15,774 nt of DNA from a bacterium (lineage in GTDB: Bacteria; Hinthialibacterota; Hinthialibacteria; Hinthialibacterales; Hinthialibacteraceae), in assembly GCA_963663405.2 (NCBI GenBank), contig CAXXSM010000005.1:1-15774 (forward strand). Direction: 5' to 3'. Shown here piece by piece: positions 15,403-15,774 of the stretch (the first letter of the stretch is position 1; the number at the start of each line of letters is the position of its first letter). The notes under the pieces were generated by a model. The model saw only the letters and a program-made list of their open reading frames with translations, had not been told where the DNA came from and did not search any database. The position numbers and the translations under genes are program-made.

Positions 15403-15774
15403 ATATCTACCTGCCAATGGCGTAGTCAAAAAATAGTATAATACTGGATGTTAGTATAGTCTAAAATAATAAGATAAAAAAAAACTAATTTCAATAGAAT
15501 TAAACATTTTTTTTCGAATGTAGAAACGAGATAGCCTCTTTCGGTTTTAGTATTGTATCACTATAGTATTCAATGTATTATTATTTGTAAAATAATTGTT
15601 TTGCAAGAATAACTTTTTGGAAATAAATCCTTAGATTTATTAGAGGTTTTTTTCTGACAAGATTTTTTTCTTTACAATTTATTTTCATCAAGTATTATTG
15701 CTTTACGATTTTTAGCGTTAAAATCCCCAAAACGCTGTCTTCACTAAATACATAGCGTCTTCAGGATTTTGGTA

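Noticed and set aside
15430-15774. oriC in the AT-rich terminal region
   Set aside because: Plausible given the nearby parABS, but I found no perfect DnaA box (TTATCCACA). Only degenerate matches such as TTTGTAAAA at 15584-15592 occur, which are expected by chance in AT-rich DNA, and dnaA is not in the window.
1-15774. CRISPR arrays, tRNA/rRNA genes, programmed frameshifts or stop-codon recoding
   Set aside because: No regularly spaced repeats or RNA-gene signatures were seen. Apart from the junction fragments and the edge-truncated oorB, the recognisable genes are full length under the standard code.

Overview
The window appears to contain two unrelated sequences joined near position 889. 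Bases 1-~889 are AT-rich and nearly CpG-free. They encode a Campylobacterota-like 2-oxoglutarate:acceptor oxidoreductase pair: the 5' part of oorB and only the C-terminal third of oorA. That oorA fragment is fused in-frame to what looks like the first 30 codons of a GT2 glycosyltransferase belonging to the second sequence. Bases ~890-15774 are a moderate-GC bacterial chromosome segment, probably origin-proximal. In order it carries a large divergent phosphohexomutase and a NUDIX hydrolase, a secreted hypothetical protein and a GHL10 hydrolase, an orphan STAS anti-anti-sigma factor, and a minus-strand run dapB-rsmG-parA-parB-HD-GYP-tsaC. That run has two perfect parS palindromes, one intergenic and one inside the dapB coding sequence. 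It is followed by a 968-aa GT-C glycosyltransferase with apparent PA14-like and discoidin-like domains, a small membrane protein, a small Cys-rich protein and an AT-rich non-coding end. I found no RNA genes, CRISPR arrays or mobile elements, and I cannot support a clearly novel multi-gene system. The best leads are the junction, the coding-embedded parS, and several enzymes with altered motifs. All family calls come from motif recognition by eye, not from database searches.
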